DNA from: Giardia intestinalis
Taxonomy: Eukaryota
NCBI GenBank assembly: GCA_000002435.2
Contig: CM018790.1
DNA: 64,000 bases
Direction: 5' to 3' (one strand)
Numbering within the stretch: the first letter of the stretch is position 1; each line of letters begins with the position of its first letter. The position numbers and the translations under genes are program-made. Below, in pieces: positions 31,522-41,991 of this stretch. The notes below the pieces were generated by a model that was not told where the DNA came from, did not search any database, and was given only the letters and a program-made list of their open reading frames with translations.

Positions 31522-32241
31522 ATGAAACACCTTCTTCTTCTGCGGCCAGCAGACCCATACGACTTCCTTTACAGATACTATAGGACTCTGGCTCAGGAGT
31601 CTGTTCCCATCAAGCTGATTCTCGATATGATATCAGAGCTTCCGCTGGATGCGGTTGATATCTTCTGTCTCTATATGAGTCGTCTATTTTCAATCCTGAA
31701 GGATAACCAGGTGTATGTAGAGGGCATTTGCAACGCGTCGAGCCACTACATTCTCACGAACAAGCTCGTTAACGAGGAAGGCCGGCTGCTACTATCGCAA
31801 ACGAGCATGCACAAAGTGCTGCCTCTCTGCATGATCCAGAATGTTCCACACGTTGACTTTTCATTGTTTCTGGCAAAGATACGAGCAGCATTTGTTATAA
31901 ACAAGGTGATCCGACTGCTATACAATGTCCTGCAGGACCTGTCTGTCAATGGAAGAGTTCCTGAGAGCGCCATAAAGGTTTTGGCATACTATATTCCGAT
32001 AGCACAATCCTTTTCCTTGAGCTTCTTACCACCGTCCTCTCTGGAGATAGACACGGAGCTTCACAAGGATGCAGGACTAGGAGAGAAGGAGGAACAGCCT
32101 ATTGAGTCTGCGATGGAGGTACTGGTGAAGATGATTCTACGTACCGATGCCCTACTAGTTCACTGCGACACCGACGACCGCTATGAGAAGACGGATCTCC
32201 AACTCATCCACGTGGCCTCTGACTTCTGGGGCATGATCTAG
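31522..32241 (+). CDS. small protein with N-terminal RIIa/DPY-30-like dimerisation-docking motif
   Basis: MKHLLLLRPADPYDFLYRYYRTL resembles the PKA-RII motif [20 protein letters not shown]. The ORF-track start at 31498 is a GTG; the first ATG is at 31522. Confidence 0.4.
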   Translation: MKHLLLLRPADPYDFLYRYYRTLAQESVPIKLILDMISELPLDAVDIFCLYMSRLFSILKDNQVYVEGICNASSHYILTNKLVNEEGRLLLSQTSMHKVLPLCMIQNVPHVDFSLFLAKIRAAFVINKVIRLLYNVLQDLSVNGRVPESAIKVLAYYIPIAQSFSLSFLPPSSLEIDTELHKDAGLGEKEEQPIESAMEVLVKMILRTDALLVHCDTDDRYEKTDLQLIHVASDFWGMI

Positions 32242-32355
32242 CGCAGCTGTCCTTCTGATCTGTCTCACACTTGAACCTGAGCCAGGTACTTGAGCCAGGT
32301 ACCAGTGCTGTTCTTTGTGCAGTAAATTTAGTCTTGTTAATTCAAATTTCAGAAA

Positions 32356-35300
32356 ATGGCGTCCACGGGGGAACAGCAGCTCAGTATACATCAACTCCTG
32401 TGCAAGAAAGTGGCGCAACTAACTAAAGTGGTTTATCAATTGAACGTAAAGAGCGAGGATAGGGACATAGACCTCAACCTTATTGCTAAGTCCTATGAGG
32501 CACAGATCGATCAGATGGCCACAGACAACGAGCAAAAGGTGCGCCAGGTACAGGAGCAATTTAGGAAGCATCAGCAGGACCTGGAGGCCGAGGTCACTAA
32601 GCTTTTAGGTGATATCAAGCGTTTAGAGAAGGAGAAAATGCAGTTCCTCAGCAAGATGAACGAATACAAGAAGGAAAACGAGGAGAGAATGACCCGCTTC
32701 AAGGATGTCACGAAGCAGCGGATCGATCAGCTCATTCTCGAGGTGGACGCTCTTCGCAGAGATAACGTTGATGATGTGCGGAACAGCCGCAAAGCCGCAA
32801 AAGATGAGCTTGCACGCGTATCTGCTGAGCTGCGGGGCCAAAACGAAGCCCTTGCGGCCCAGTTATCCCAAATGACAGCGGCTCGCGATAGATTGCAGAA
32901 GGAGTTAGACGCCGTCCGTGCAGATCTAGACAAATCTACACGGGACGTAGATGATCTAAAGCAGCAACTGAATGCGGCACTAAAAGACAAGCTCAGTTTA
33001 AGTGATGTTACGCAAAAGAAGATAGCAGCCCTAGAAAAACAGTTGGAAGAAGCACGTTCTCAGTCCCTCAATAGCGGGGACCAAATAAACAAGCTAGTAA
33101 AGCGAATAGATAGCCTGGAAGCAGAACTTAAGACAGCACAAGCAAACTATAAACAGGAAGTCAGCACCTCTACAGAGTTGAAAAAGGAGATAGCTCAGCT
33201 GAAAACTGAGATTGCTAATTGGAAGCAAGCATCTGATGAGCATGCTGCAGGGTCTAGAGAGCTAGAAAAAAAGCTGAGAGAACTCGAGACCAGGTGTGCT
33301 GGGCTCGATAAAGCTGTGGGGGAGAAGGACTTACTGTTAAAACAACTACAGCAAGATAAGTCACAGCTTAATACAGAAATTGACGGACTCAGAAAACGTA
33401 TAGAGGACCTCCAGTCTAAGAGCACTGCCTCTTCGGAGTCTGAGCGGAAGCTCCAGCTATCTCTTGAAAATGCCACTAAGGAAGCATCGTTCTTCCGGAC
33501 ACAGCTCTCTGATGCTAACGCAAAGATAGATGAATTAAAGATGCAGCTGGCCGCCGAGCGCACTGCTAAAGAAAAGGCTCAAACAGAGCTTACTGCCGCA
33601 TCTGCACAGGTGGTCAAGTTAGAAACGGAATTGCAGCGTCTTCGAGATGAATTTATTACTGCCCAATCCAGCGAGTCCAATAAATATAACCAACTGGAAG
33701 CAAAGCTCAGGACACTAATACAGGAGCTTGAGCAATCATTGGTAGAAGAAAAGATAAATCATGAGAAGGCTCTACAAGCGCAGAGAGATACTCATGAAGC
33801 AGAATCTGCAGCACTAAAAGCGCACATTTCTGACCAGGAGAAGCTACATCAGGAGAAGGTGGAACGATTAGAACAGAAGATTTCAGAACTGGAGACAGAA
33901 TTATCAAAAAGTCTCAGTGGACTGAGTTCTGCACAAGAGCTGAACGCGTCTCTCATGCAGAAGACACAGGATGAAATAGAAGCACTAAAGACTAAGGTTA
34001 TGAAGTACAAACTGTTAGTGGATAGTATCCAGGTGGAGATAAAGCAGTTCTGCGGCTCAACGAAAGAGACATGCAAGCTATTGCTCGATGCCCTGGAGTT
34101 ATCCCAGAGAGATATTTCATCATTACTAGATTCACAAGCAGAAACAATATTATTGCGCGTCTCACAGTATATTACCAGCATGCGGAACGAGGCTGACTCC
34201 AGTAACACTATGAAACGAGAGTACGAAGAATTGGTAGGTGGCCTTCGGCGACAGATTGATGGCTTGAATGCCGAGCTTGGGAAAAAGACAGAACAGACGG
34301 CTACACTAACAAGTGAGATAGAAAATCTCAAACAATTACTGGAAAATTATCGTTTGGAGTTAGGTTCTGTAAGGTCAGATTTAGATTGTAAAGTGCGTGA
34401 ACTGGCGGAGATTACCCAAAGATATCAAGACGAGATTAGAAAAGCTGATTTGTCTTCCAAAGAAATAAAAGAATTGAGCAAGAAAATCAAATGCCTGGAG
34501 GAACAAATAGCCGAGATGGAGAACACTCTGGGCAGTACCCTCAATACAACGTCAGCAGAGGCTATTCAATTGAAAAAACAAATAACTGAATTAGAGGCAA
34601 GACTTGCACGAGAGATGGAAGCAGGTCACAAGCTGGCAGCAGAGAAAGATCAGCAAATAGATACGATGAAGAGTGAGCTCAAGTCTGCACAAGAGAAGTA
34701 CCTTAGTCGTGACCGTGAATATAAGGATCTAATGGAAAAACTAAATATCACCATAGCAGATAACAACGCTCGAACAGCACTTCTACAGAAAGAGCACGAC
34801 GAGCAACTGGCAAAAGAGCAGGAAAAGATTAAAAAGCTTTCAGATGAAAACTTATTATTATCTGGTGAGCTAGAGCGTAGCAAACAAGCTCTAGCCTCGC
34901 TGACTGATATGCATGAAAAGGAGATTCGAGCGCTCCGAAAAGAACTTGCAATTAACCAGGAGGCTCTTGAAAGCATGCGCGAAAGCCAGCGGCTGTCCCA
35001 TGAGAAGATACAAGGTCTCGAGGCACGCCTTCAACATGTAACAGCTGACGCTGGACGCAAACTAGACGAAGAGTTTAGAAAGCACCAGGAAGCGTTGGCC
35101 GCCCTCAAAAAGGAACACCAGGAAAAGATCAATAGCCTGATTAGCGAGTATGAGGGCAGACTAACTTCTGCAAACGAGCAGTTGGCACAGGCCATGGCAG
35201 AGGCTGAGAAGTCAAGAAATGAGCTCTTGTTTGAGATCGAAGGTTTAAAGGCAGAGTTCAAAAACAGGCCTAGTCGTCTAGAAGATGTGGAGCTAATTAA

Positions 35301-35712
35301 TCAGCTTCGGGCACTGTTAGATAAGCGCGAACAAGAGCTGGATGCAGCGGCCAAAGCAGTCGCTTATTATAAACGAGAGCTTCTAGCACGAGAAGAGTCC
35401 TACAACAAGCGATTTCATAAGGAGAACAGCCGAGTGGGAACTATGCAGATACCGGGCGTCCCTGCACACGCAATGAACGCCCAGCAAAACTCTATCGTAG
35501 GCAATATGATTGGAGCGCCACTGGGAACCGCGGGCCTCAGTGCGGGGGGCGTACCCATGGGATCCTTCAGTCAGACTGGTCCGCTCACGGGCCGTGTGAG
35601 TAAGGGGTCTGCTAGTCCAAAGGCTAAGCGTCCACTATCTAACAATGGGCTGGGCCCAAAGGGAGCTATAGGCCCCATCAGTATGCCAAAACACCTCCCA
35701 GCACCTCTTTAA
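32356..35712 (+). CDS. long coiled-coil protein (1118 aa) with Gly/Pro-rich C-terminal tail
   Basis: About 1000 aa of continuous heptad-type E/K/L/Q-rich sequence; true ATG after 'tttcagaaa'; tail GAPLGTAGLSAGGVPMGSF. Confidence 0.65.
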   Translation: MASTGEQQLSIHQLLCKKVAQLTKVVYQLNVKSEDRDIDLNLIAKSYEAQIDQMATDNEQKVRQVQEQFRKHQQDLEAEVTKLLGDIKRLEKEKMQFLSKMNEYKKENEERMTRFKDVTKQRIDQLILEVDALRRDNVDDVRNSRKAAKDELARVSAELRGQNEALAAQLSQMTAARDRLQKELDAVRADLDKSTRDVDDLKQQLNAALKDKLSLSDVTQKKIAALEKQLEEARSQSLNSGDQINKLVKRIDSLEAELKTAQANYKQEVSTSTELKKEIAQLKTEIANWKQASDEHAAGSRELEKKLRELETRCAGLDKAVGEKDLLLKQLQQDKSQLNTEIDGLRKRIEDLQSKSTASSESERKLQLSLENATKEASFFRTQLSDANAKIDELKMQLAAERTAKEKAQTELTAASAQVVKLETELQRLRDEFITAQSSESNKYNQLEAKLRTLIQELEQSLVEEKINHEKALQAQRDTHEAESAALKAHISDQEKLHQEKVERLEQKISELETELSKSLSGLSSAQELNASLMQKTQDEIEALKTKVMKYKLLVDSIQVEIKQFCGSTKETCKLLLDALELSQRDISSLLDSQAETILLRVSQYITSMRNEADSSNTMKREYEELVGGLRRQIDGLNAELGKKTEQTATLTSEIENLKQLLENYRLELGSVRSDLDCKVRELAEITQRYQDEIRKADLSSKEIKELSKKIKCLEEQIAEMENTLGSTLNTTSAEAIQLKKQITELEARLAREMEAGHKLAAEKDQQIDTMKSELKSAQEKYLSRDREYKDLMEKLNITIADNNARTALLQKEHDEQLAKEQEKIKKLSDENLLLSGELERSKQALASLTDMHEKEIRALRKELAINQEALESMRESQRLSHEKIQGLEARLQHVTADAGRKLDEEFRKHQEALAALKKEHQEKINSLISEYEGRLTSANEQLAQAMAEAEKSRNELLFEIEGLKAEFKNRPSRLEDVELINQLRALLDKREQELDAAAKAVAYYKRELLAREESYNKRFHKENSRVGTMQIPGVPAHAMNAQQNSIVGNMIGAPLGTAGLSAGGVPMGSFSQTGPLTGRVSKGSASPKAKRPLSNNGLGPKGAIGPISMPKHLPAPL

Positions 35713-35796
35713 TTGTTTTAATTAGATAGAAACTTTTGCTGAATAAAATGTATAGAGTTGATAAAAAGACGGCCACTTTGGCTTTCTGCTCTAACG

Positions 35797-37158
35797 ATGA
35801 CTACAATGAGCGGCTCCGTCAGTACTGCCCTTGGCGAGTCGCACTACAAAGAGAACATTAACATGGCTATTTCCGCCACAGACCAGGTTTCTAATTCCGT
35901 GAATCCGGCCACCATCGTCGTTGAATTCCCTCGTGATAGCCCTTTCATTGACCGGGGGTCGGTCTGTAAAAGACTATCTATCGGTTTTTCGTTGTCACTT
36001 CTTGACTTTGTGTTGGGCTATGCCGCTTCAGTATTGTTTGCAGTGTTTACATTTATTGTCTTAGGGCTCAATAAGTCTCTCATGAATGAAATAGGAGGGG
36101 GACTCCATGCTCATTTCGGTGTGGCGTCCATTTCACTGTTCTTTGGGCTTCTAGATGATAGGTTTATCAGTTGGACGCAGAAGAAAAACATTCCAGTCCC
36201 CATGTTTAACTTCATATTCCTGCTTATTTGCTTAGTAACATACGTTCCTCTATACCTTCTAGAATACTTAACTATAGCAGCTGTATTCCAGGTTGATCGC
36301 TCGACTAACCACATGCCTGCGGTGTGGGCTATCACGTTTAGAGAACAGCTGCTCTTTCTTATCTTCAATATGACTAATGCGTTTTTGGGTGGCAATGTTA
36401 TCCCTGGCCTATCTGGCTGGCGTTACATGGTCTTTGTACATGCAGTTTCCTTCTTCATCTGGTTCCTTTTTGTTGATAAGATACTAACCCAGACGCTGTT
36501 CTGGACACCGGAGCTACCCAGGTTTACCGATTATGAAGGATACAAGCTCCTGGGTGGGATGATGCAGACTTTTGTGATGGGAACACTGAGCTTTCTATCA
36601 ATACACCGCTTCCTAGTGCGAGAGGTCTTGAGCAAACTGTCACCGGGAAAGCGGCTGAGTTATGTTCTTCCTCCGTTCCTAGGATATGCTGTTCTACAGT
36701 GGGCCACTCTGTATGGAATTAACGTCCTTGCGTTTCCAAAGGCGACGCTCTACGCGCGAGCGAATGCTGTGTGGAGCAATATTTCCATGAGCTGGGTGGG
36801 CTTCCAGATTGTTGGCTTCCGTTTGTCTGGGCCTATGTGGCACGGTCTCTGTCGTGTCTACGACCCGTTTACTAATCAACTACGTCACAATAGGTACGGT
36901 ATCGTTCTTTACATCTTCTTTTCTGTGATACTGGGGCATCTCTACGGCTTCTTCTTTTACCTTCTTTTCCACTACGTCTCTTGGCCATATATCTGGTCGA
37001 GGTTCTTTGGGATGACGTTTGCTGACGACGATATGCTTGCGCGTTTGGATTATACTCTACCGTTCTCATTAGGCACCATCCTTCTGGCAGTTTATAACAA
37101 CGATGTCTATTACAAACGGGGAAACTGGGGCCGTTTTCAGCTCAACTGCGAGGAATAA
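35797..37158 (+). CDS. hypothetical multipass membrane protein (~10 predicted TM segments)
   Basis: Repeated hydrophobic 20-aa stretches. The ORF-track start at 35758 is a TTG; the first in-frame ATG is at 35797 after AT-rich sequence. Confidence 0.45.
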   Translation: MTTMSGSVSTALGESHYKENINMAISATDQVSNSVNPATIVVEFPRDSPFIDRGSVCKRLSIGFSLSLLDFVLGYAASVLFAVFTFIVLGLNKSLMNEIGGGLHAHFGVASISLFFGLLDDRFISWTQKKNIPVPMFNFIFLLICLVTYVPLYLLEYLTIAAVFQVDRSTNHMPAVWAITFREQLLFLIFNMTNAFLGGNVIPGLSGWRYMVFVHAVSFFIWFLFVDKILTQTLFWTPELPRFTDYEGYKLLGGMMQTFVMGTLSFLSIHRFLVREVLSKLSPGKRLSYVLPPFLGYAVLQWATLYGINVLAFPKATLYARANAVWSNISMSWVGFQIVGFRLSGPMWHGLCRVYDPFTNQLRHNRYGIVLYIFFSVILGHLYGFFFYLLFHYVSWPYIWSRFFGMTFADDDMLARLDYTLPFSLGTILLAVYNNDVYYKRGNWGRFQLNCEE

Positions 37159-37195
37159 TTGCTAATGACATTTTAGTGATTTGCTAACAGCTTTA

Positions 37196-37834
37196 CTACT
37201 TGTGTTGAGATAAAAAAGCCGTCAATTTGCTATTTAGATTGAAGAATTGTTTGATGACCTCTGCCTGTAAACACGACAGCTGGGCCTTGACATGGTCCAG
37301 CTCTCCTTGCAGTCTGCGGAGCGTTTCATTCTCTTCCGTGAGTACAGGTGGTGTCTGCGTCCCCACAGAGTGTGCACCGAGGCGCCTCGGAGGCTCTTCC
37401 TTGTAGTGCTCAATGGCTTCAGAGATCTTGACGTTCTTCTCTGCTTTCTCTATCGGAGTCTGACCTTTGGCTAGTCCCATTGGCAATACCTGTTGAGACT
37501 TTTGATCTCCTGCTTCTCTATTTCTATGACCGTCCTCTTTCTTAACGGAGACATCTGCTCCCATTGTTCTGGGAAGAATTGCAGGCCTCTCACCGGGCCT
37601 GGCTGTTCCAGGTGACGAACCTGATATCTCTGGCGCCAAAGATCCGCTATACTTCGTTGCTGGCTGGAGCTCTGTCGACCCAGGGGCAGCCACAGCTTCA
37701 GCAATATTTGTATGCACGGGCTGCTGATCTACCCTTTCGTTAGCCCGAGATAGAGCGCTGTCTAATGTCGCCTGTATTTGTGGGGCCACTCTATATTTGG
37801 CCAGCAAGCTCTGAAGGTCATCATTGGAGGGCAT
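37196..37834 (-). CDS. hypothetical protein with C-terminal coiled coil
   Basis: ORF-track start codon is ATT (non-ATG); the first ATG is at 37834 (MPSNDDLQSLLAKY...), preceded on its strand by 'cattaaaaatttcaagattgcattttagaaat'. Confidence 0.35.
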   Translation of the reverse strand: MPSNDDLQSLLAKYRVAPQIQATLDSALSRANERVDQQPVHTNIAEAVAAPGSTELQPATKYSGSLAPEISGSSPGTARPGERPAILPRTMGADVSVKKEDGHRNREAGDQKSQQVLPMGLAKGQTPIEKAEKNVKISEAIEHYKEEPPRRLGAHSVGTQTPPVLTEENETLRRLQGELDHVKAQLSCLQAEVIKQFFNLNSKLTAFLSQHK

Positions 37835-37959
37835 ATTTCTAAAATGCAATCTTGAAATTTTTAATGAAGTTAAGTGACCAAATCATTGGGGCTTTTAAAA
37901 CCCTCTAATCATGACCCCCCCTAAATGCCCCGGTTTACTTGTCTATTGCACACTCTATC

Positions 37960-39378
37960 CTACATCCCGATATACTCAAGGTAGTCCTTGCTTTCTGCAG
38001 CCTCATACTCCTTACTTAGAGATGTACATACAGCTTGTGCATCCGTGAACTGCTCTAAAATTTCAGGCTCTCCTCCGGTTACCATGCTGTCGATGTAGTT
38101 TTGCAGATAGGCCCTCTTACTGAACAATTGTGTAAATGTATTGTTGATATTGTCAAAGATTTTACGGATAGCTGTGTGATTGGCCAGCATAAGACCGGAC
38201 ACCTTATGTGCTTCGTTAGTAAATGGAGAACGCTTGGATAAGGCCATCTGCATGTTACTTGGGCCCCAGTCAATAAACTTAACATCCCTGCCCTCCTTAA
38301 TCTGCTGAAGTGACTTATAAAGCTGATTGCTTTCGGCTTCACCCTGTACAATGTTCAGTAGAGAGATGTACTTTCCATCTCGGCCACAGCTCACCATCCC
38401 ATTTGTTGGGTGGAGAAGGCGTTTAACCAGCTGAACGATAGAATCTGTGTGGACCTGCCTGCGGGTGGCGCCAGCTGCGGCCCCTGCTACCGCTCCTGAC
38501 CCTGCCTCCTGGTCCTTCGTGTGTTCTTTTACATTCAAGCTTGATGAAGTTATGGGTGTATATGAACTCATCAAGAAGTGAAGGCGGGGAGTGGGCACCA
38601 GGCTGGACACCAGGCTAAGCAGGTCGTTGGACATAAACCCAGGAAGTCTCAAGGTGCTGGTGCTGGCTGCCATAACGGTGCTAACCAAGGAGTTGACGTG
38701 TTCAAACGGATTGGTAAGTAGCTCATTGGGTATATGATTAGTAATTATCCGATCGAGTGCGGTATTGTCCAGAACAACAACTGCATCCGCGCACAGTGCC
38801 AGGCGCTGAAGAGTTAGTATGCTATTGTAAGGCTGCACAATGATATCTGCCGTAGTGTTGGGGAAGACACTATAGGTCTGCAGCAGCGCCTTGGGATACC
38901 GATCAGAAAGTCTGTCAAGCAAGAAGCTGCCCATACCAGACCCTGTGCCACCGGCGATACTGTGGGTTAGAGAAAAGCCGGCCAATGAGTCCGCTCCGTC
39001 TGCTTCTCTATCAATAATTTCAACTATTTTCTCAAAGCCAGCTTCTCCACACTGGAACCCCTTCGTCCATATGTTGCCAGCTCCCCCACCCGTAGAATCA
39101 ATGTAAACGTTCTCAGGGTTGATCAACTCTTTGATAGGCCCGTTACGAATGTGACTGATCACGCCTGGCTCTGTATCTAGTAGGATGGCCCGGGGAACGT
39201 AGTGCTCGTCATCAGACTGATAGAAAAAGACATCCTTCCTGTCATTGAAGGTGTACGCCTCTGGCCTGAGAGTCCCGTCGGGATTTATGCCGTGTTCAGT
39301 GCACAACCTATTCCAGAAGACCTCGCCTATCTGGTTTCCACACTGGCCGCACTGAATCGTAATAACTTCTCTCGGCAT
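37960..39378 (-). CDS. TUBG: gamma-tubulin
   Basis: [18 protein letters not shown]...[11 protein letters not shown]...GGTGSGMGS is collinear with gamma-tubulin. An upstream in-frame ATG at 39435 would add a 19-aa extension not seen in the family, so the ATG at 39378 is preferred. Confidence 0.85.
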   Translation of the reverse strand: MPREVITIQCGQCGNQIGEVFWNRLCTEHGINPDGTLRPEAYTFNDRKDVFFYQSDDEHYVPRAILLDTEPGVISHIRNGPIKELINPENVYIDSTGGGAGNIWTKGFQCGEAGFEKIVEIIDREADGADSLAGFSLTHSIAGGTGSGMGSFLLDRLSDRYPKALLQTYSVFPNTTADIIVQPYNSILTLQRLALCADAVVVLDNTALDRIITNHIPNELLTNPFEHVNSLVSTVMAASTSTLRLPGFMSNDLLSLVSSLVPTPRLHFLMSSYTPITSSSLNVKEHTKDQEAGSGAVAGAAAGATRRQVHTDSIVQLVKRLLHPTNGMVSCGRDGKYISLLNIVQGEAESNQLYKSLQQIKEGRDVKFIDWGPSNMQMALSKRSPFTNEAHKVSGLMLANHTAIRKIFDNINNTFTQLFSKRAYLQNYIDSMVTGGEPEILEQFTDAQAVCTSLSKEYEAAESKDYLEYIGM

Positions 39379-39478
39379 ATAAAACGCACTTACAAAGTTG
39401 CAGAATTGCTTCAAATTTTCAATATAAACGCACATTGCGAAGAGAAAAGGTACTTGTGTGTTGTTTTTGCGTCTTAAG
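39379..39478. promoter_or_regulatory. AT-rich bidirectional promoter (gamma-tubulin - / 554-aa ORF +)
   Basis: Divergent ATGs about 100 bp apart, separated by AT-rich sequence. Confidence 0.35.
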
Positions 39479-41140
39479 ATGCAGGAGGAGGACTCTGCAG
39501 ACGCTCTGTTCCTCTCGCCAAATGCGAAGGGTTACATGGACAGCCTGCGTAAGGAGGGTCTCATAGTCAAACGAGATACAAACATAAAGCACCTCAACAA
39601 CTCTCCCTTGTACTACACCATCCGCCTCATCCTAATTATCTACCTAGTCACCTTCATTTTAGCAACCATTTATAACGCATCCGATTTGCTTTTTTGTTAC
39701 CTCCAGGCGCCAGTTCACAGCATTCGCATAAGAAATACTTCCCTGCCTACGGAGAATAAAGGCTTCCTGTTTAACGCATCAAGCTATCACCCAGGAGAAA
39801 CTATAGCATATTATTTGCAAGGATACCTGAAGGACGTCAACATCGTTGTTCTCGAGCCGTATGGTTTGAATACCAACTACGAACCCAACAGTATTGAGGA
39901 AAAACAAAATTATCTAATTAACATCGATCCAAATGTTACCCCACGCTTGATTCAAGGAGCGTTTCCAATGGCTATCGTGATGAACGGCACCAATAGTGCA
40001 GATCCTGCACACAGCATATGCATGGACTCCCTGTGGTTTACCACGTTTCCAAAGGCATCTGTCAGGCCCACAGATGGCGGTATTGCGGCTAGTGTCGATA
40101 TCCTCAACCCTAACAGAAAGCGTATATGGGTTAACTCCATGTGGTATAGCTTCTCATATTGGAGTAGCGTGGAGAGCATATACAGCGACACCAGGTTTAC
40201 GGACGACCAGAAGAAAGCACATGGTATACCAAATCTTTCAGACGTCCCCAAGACTAATTATTACTGTACAACACAAATATCCAGCATTCTTCCCAGTCAG
40301 TACAACAAGTCTAATGTTCCCATCTGGTTTATGAACCTTAGCGAAGCTTCTACTGCTAGACTAAAGGGAATTATCTGCTCTAGTAACTATGGATTAGTCC
40401 TCAATTTATCAACGTGGTTCTGCATTTCGCCTCTTCTAATTTATGACTTACGCCTGAAAAAAGTTATGCTATCTAATGTAACCTTTAACGGTAACTTAGT
40501 TTTAGATTTTAGAACAGACGAAAAAGATTCATCTATTACTCCCGAGACATTTTCCTGCTTACATCCTGAGGAATTCTATATACCATATAACTTAATATTG
40601 AATAACTCTTCTCTTAGAATCATGACGGTAACAAAAGACATTAAAGAGCTCGTCATAGACTCCTTTGGCCAATCCAGTTTTACATTCACTATTCCAAAGC
40701 GTGTGCTTACGTGTACACCAGGTAACATTTCACTTGGGGCACCCATTGCTGCCAACGAAGAGCCGTGCAGGCTAGAATTCAGTGGAATCTCTGGCGAGTC
40801 CTACTTTACTGGAGACTTTCACAGATACTACTCGGCTAGATACATAGCACCCTTGAACAAGCTCACTGAGCTCACGGTTGTTGTTAATCTCCATGTCTTG
40901 GACGATTTGACTCTTTCATTTCCATTTTGTTCGTCAAAGGTTACCCCAAAGTTTCCTTTGAACGTAATGGACTCTAGAAATAATGCAATTTTTTCACTTG
41001 ATTATGTTGAGGATGCAGAGATTGTATTTAAGGGTGCTTCTTCTAACACAGTAGGCCAACACTTTGTTGCTACAGTCACCTGCGACGGGGCGGGGCGGGG
41101 GTTCACGCTCGCGCTCCGGGCGCAGCCAGCCAGGCAGTAA
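39479..41140 (+). CDS. hypothetical type-II-like membrane protein (N-terminal TM, N-glycosylation-site-rich ectodomain)
   Basis: ORF-track start is a GTG; the ATG is at 39479 ([11 protein letters not shown]). [24 protein letters not shown]. The last ~20 codons run into the GC-rich block. Confidence 0.45.
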   Translation: MQEEDSADALFLSPNAKGYMDSLRKEGLIVKRDTNIKHLNNSPLYYTIRLILIIYLVTFILATIYNASDLLFCYLQAPVHSIRIRNTSLPTENKGFLFNASSYHPGETIAYYLQGYLKDVNIVVLEPYGLNTNYEPNSIEEKQNYLINIDPNVTPRLIQGAFPMAIVMNGTNSADPAHSICMDSLWFTTFPKASVRPTDGGIAASVDILNPNRKRIWVNSMWYSFSYWSSVESIYSDTRFTDDQKKAHGIPNLSDVPKTNYYCTTQISSILPSQYNKSNVPIWFMNLSEASTARLKGIICSSNYGLVLNLSTWFCISPLLIYDLRLKKVMLSNVTFNGNLVLDFRTDEKDSSITPETFSCLHPEEFYIPYNLILNNSSLRIMTVTKDIKELVIDSFGQSSFTFTIPKRVLTCTPGNISLGAPIAANEEPCRLEFSGISGESYFTGDFHRYYSARYIAPLNKLTELTVVVNLHVLDDLTLSFPFCSSKVTPKFPLNVMDSRNNAIFSLDYVEDAEIVFKGASSNTVGQHFVATVTCDGAGRGFTLALRAQPARQ

Positions 41141-41218
41141 ACGAGGACACGAGGCGCCGCTCCCGGGCCACACAACACGGTACTCTGCCATCTGTTCTGG
41201 TATTTTTCTCCGCTCCGA

Positions 41219-41291
41219 GGGCGGTTAGCTCAGTTGGTAGAGCGCTTGCCTAGCATGCAAGAGGCCGGGGGTTCAAATCCCTCATCGTCCA
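41219..41291 (+). tRNA. tRNA-Ala (anticodon AGC)
   Basis: Hand-folded cloverleaf. Acceptor gggcggt/atcgtcc with G3:U70 (the Ala identity pair). D-arm gctc-agttggtag-agcg. Anticodon stem cttgc/gcaag with loop cTAGCAt. T-arm ggggg-ttcaaat-ccctc. Discriminator A. Confidence 0.8.
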
Positions 41292-41991
41292 CTTTCCGTC
41301 CCGCTCCACCGCACGGCCTGCAGCTCAGCGCGCCCTTGTGGGGCCTTGTCGTGCTCGCTGGGGCGCTTCCTGTTAATTTCTGGGGCCTTGCTCTTCGCCG
41401 TAAATGACCGACCTTGACCATGTGTGCTGTTCTGTACATGCAGCAGCTAGTTGTGAGCCGCGCCATCACCCCGTGGACGACCGTGGTCTGCAGCTTGTTC
41501 AGCGCAGCTTTCACTCGTTCTTGTAAGTATAAAGGCGCGCAAATCATCTCCCTGTTAGTCAATATACTCAGCTAGTGGGTCTACAGTGTGCCGAGACTAA
41601 AGCTCGTTGTAGAATTTATTGCAGGCATACTTAGAAGCACACAGGATCTTCACAGCGCACAGCACGAGTCTAAACTTATCTAGTGCTAAACTTTCGAAAA
41701 AAGACTGACAGTAGACTCGCTATCCCTGGTAAACGGGCATATATGTGTGAATAAAATACCAGTAAGGCTATGCAGAGCAGGGTCTACGTTGAAGAGGCCT
41801 GGATCTCGAAATGGAAAGAGAAAATAGAGCAAAAAAGTGAAGAATATTCTTCGAAAACAAGCGGCAGAAATAGTCCTAGATGCTAGATGAAGCATATCCT
41901 GGTCACAGAAGCCGCCGGCGACGCCAAATCACAACCGTTACGCTATATTAATGCATCAGATTGTGGCCATATATAATATTTGCAGAAGACC

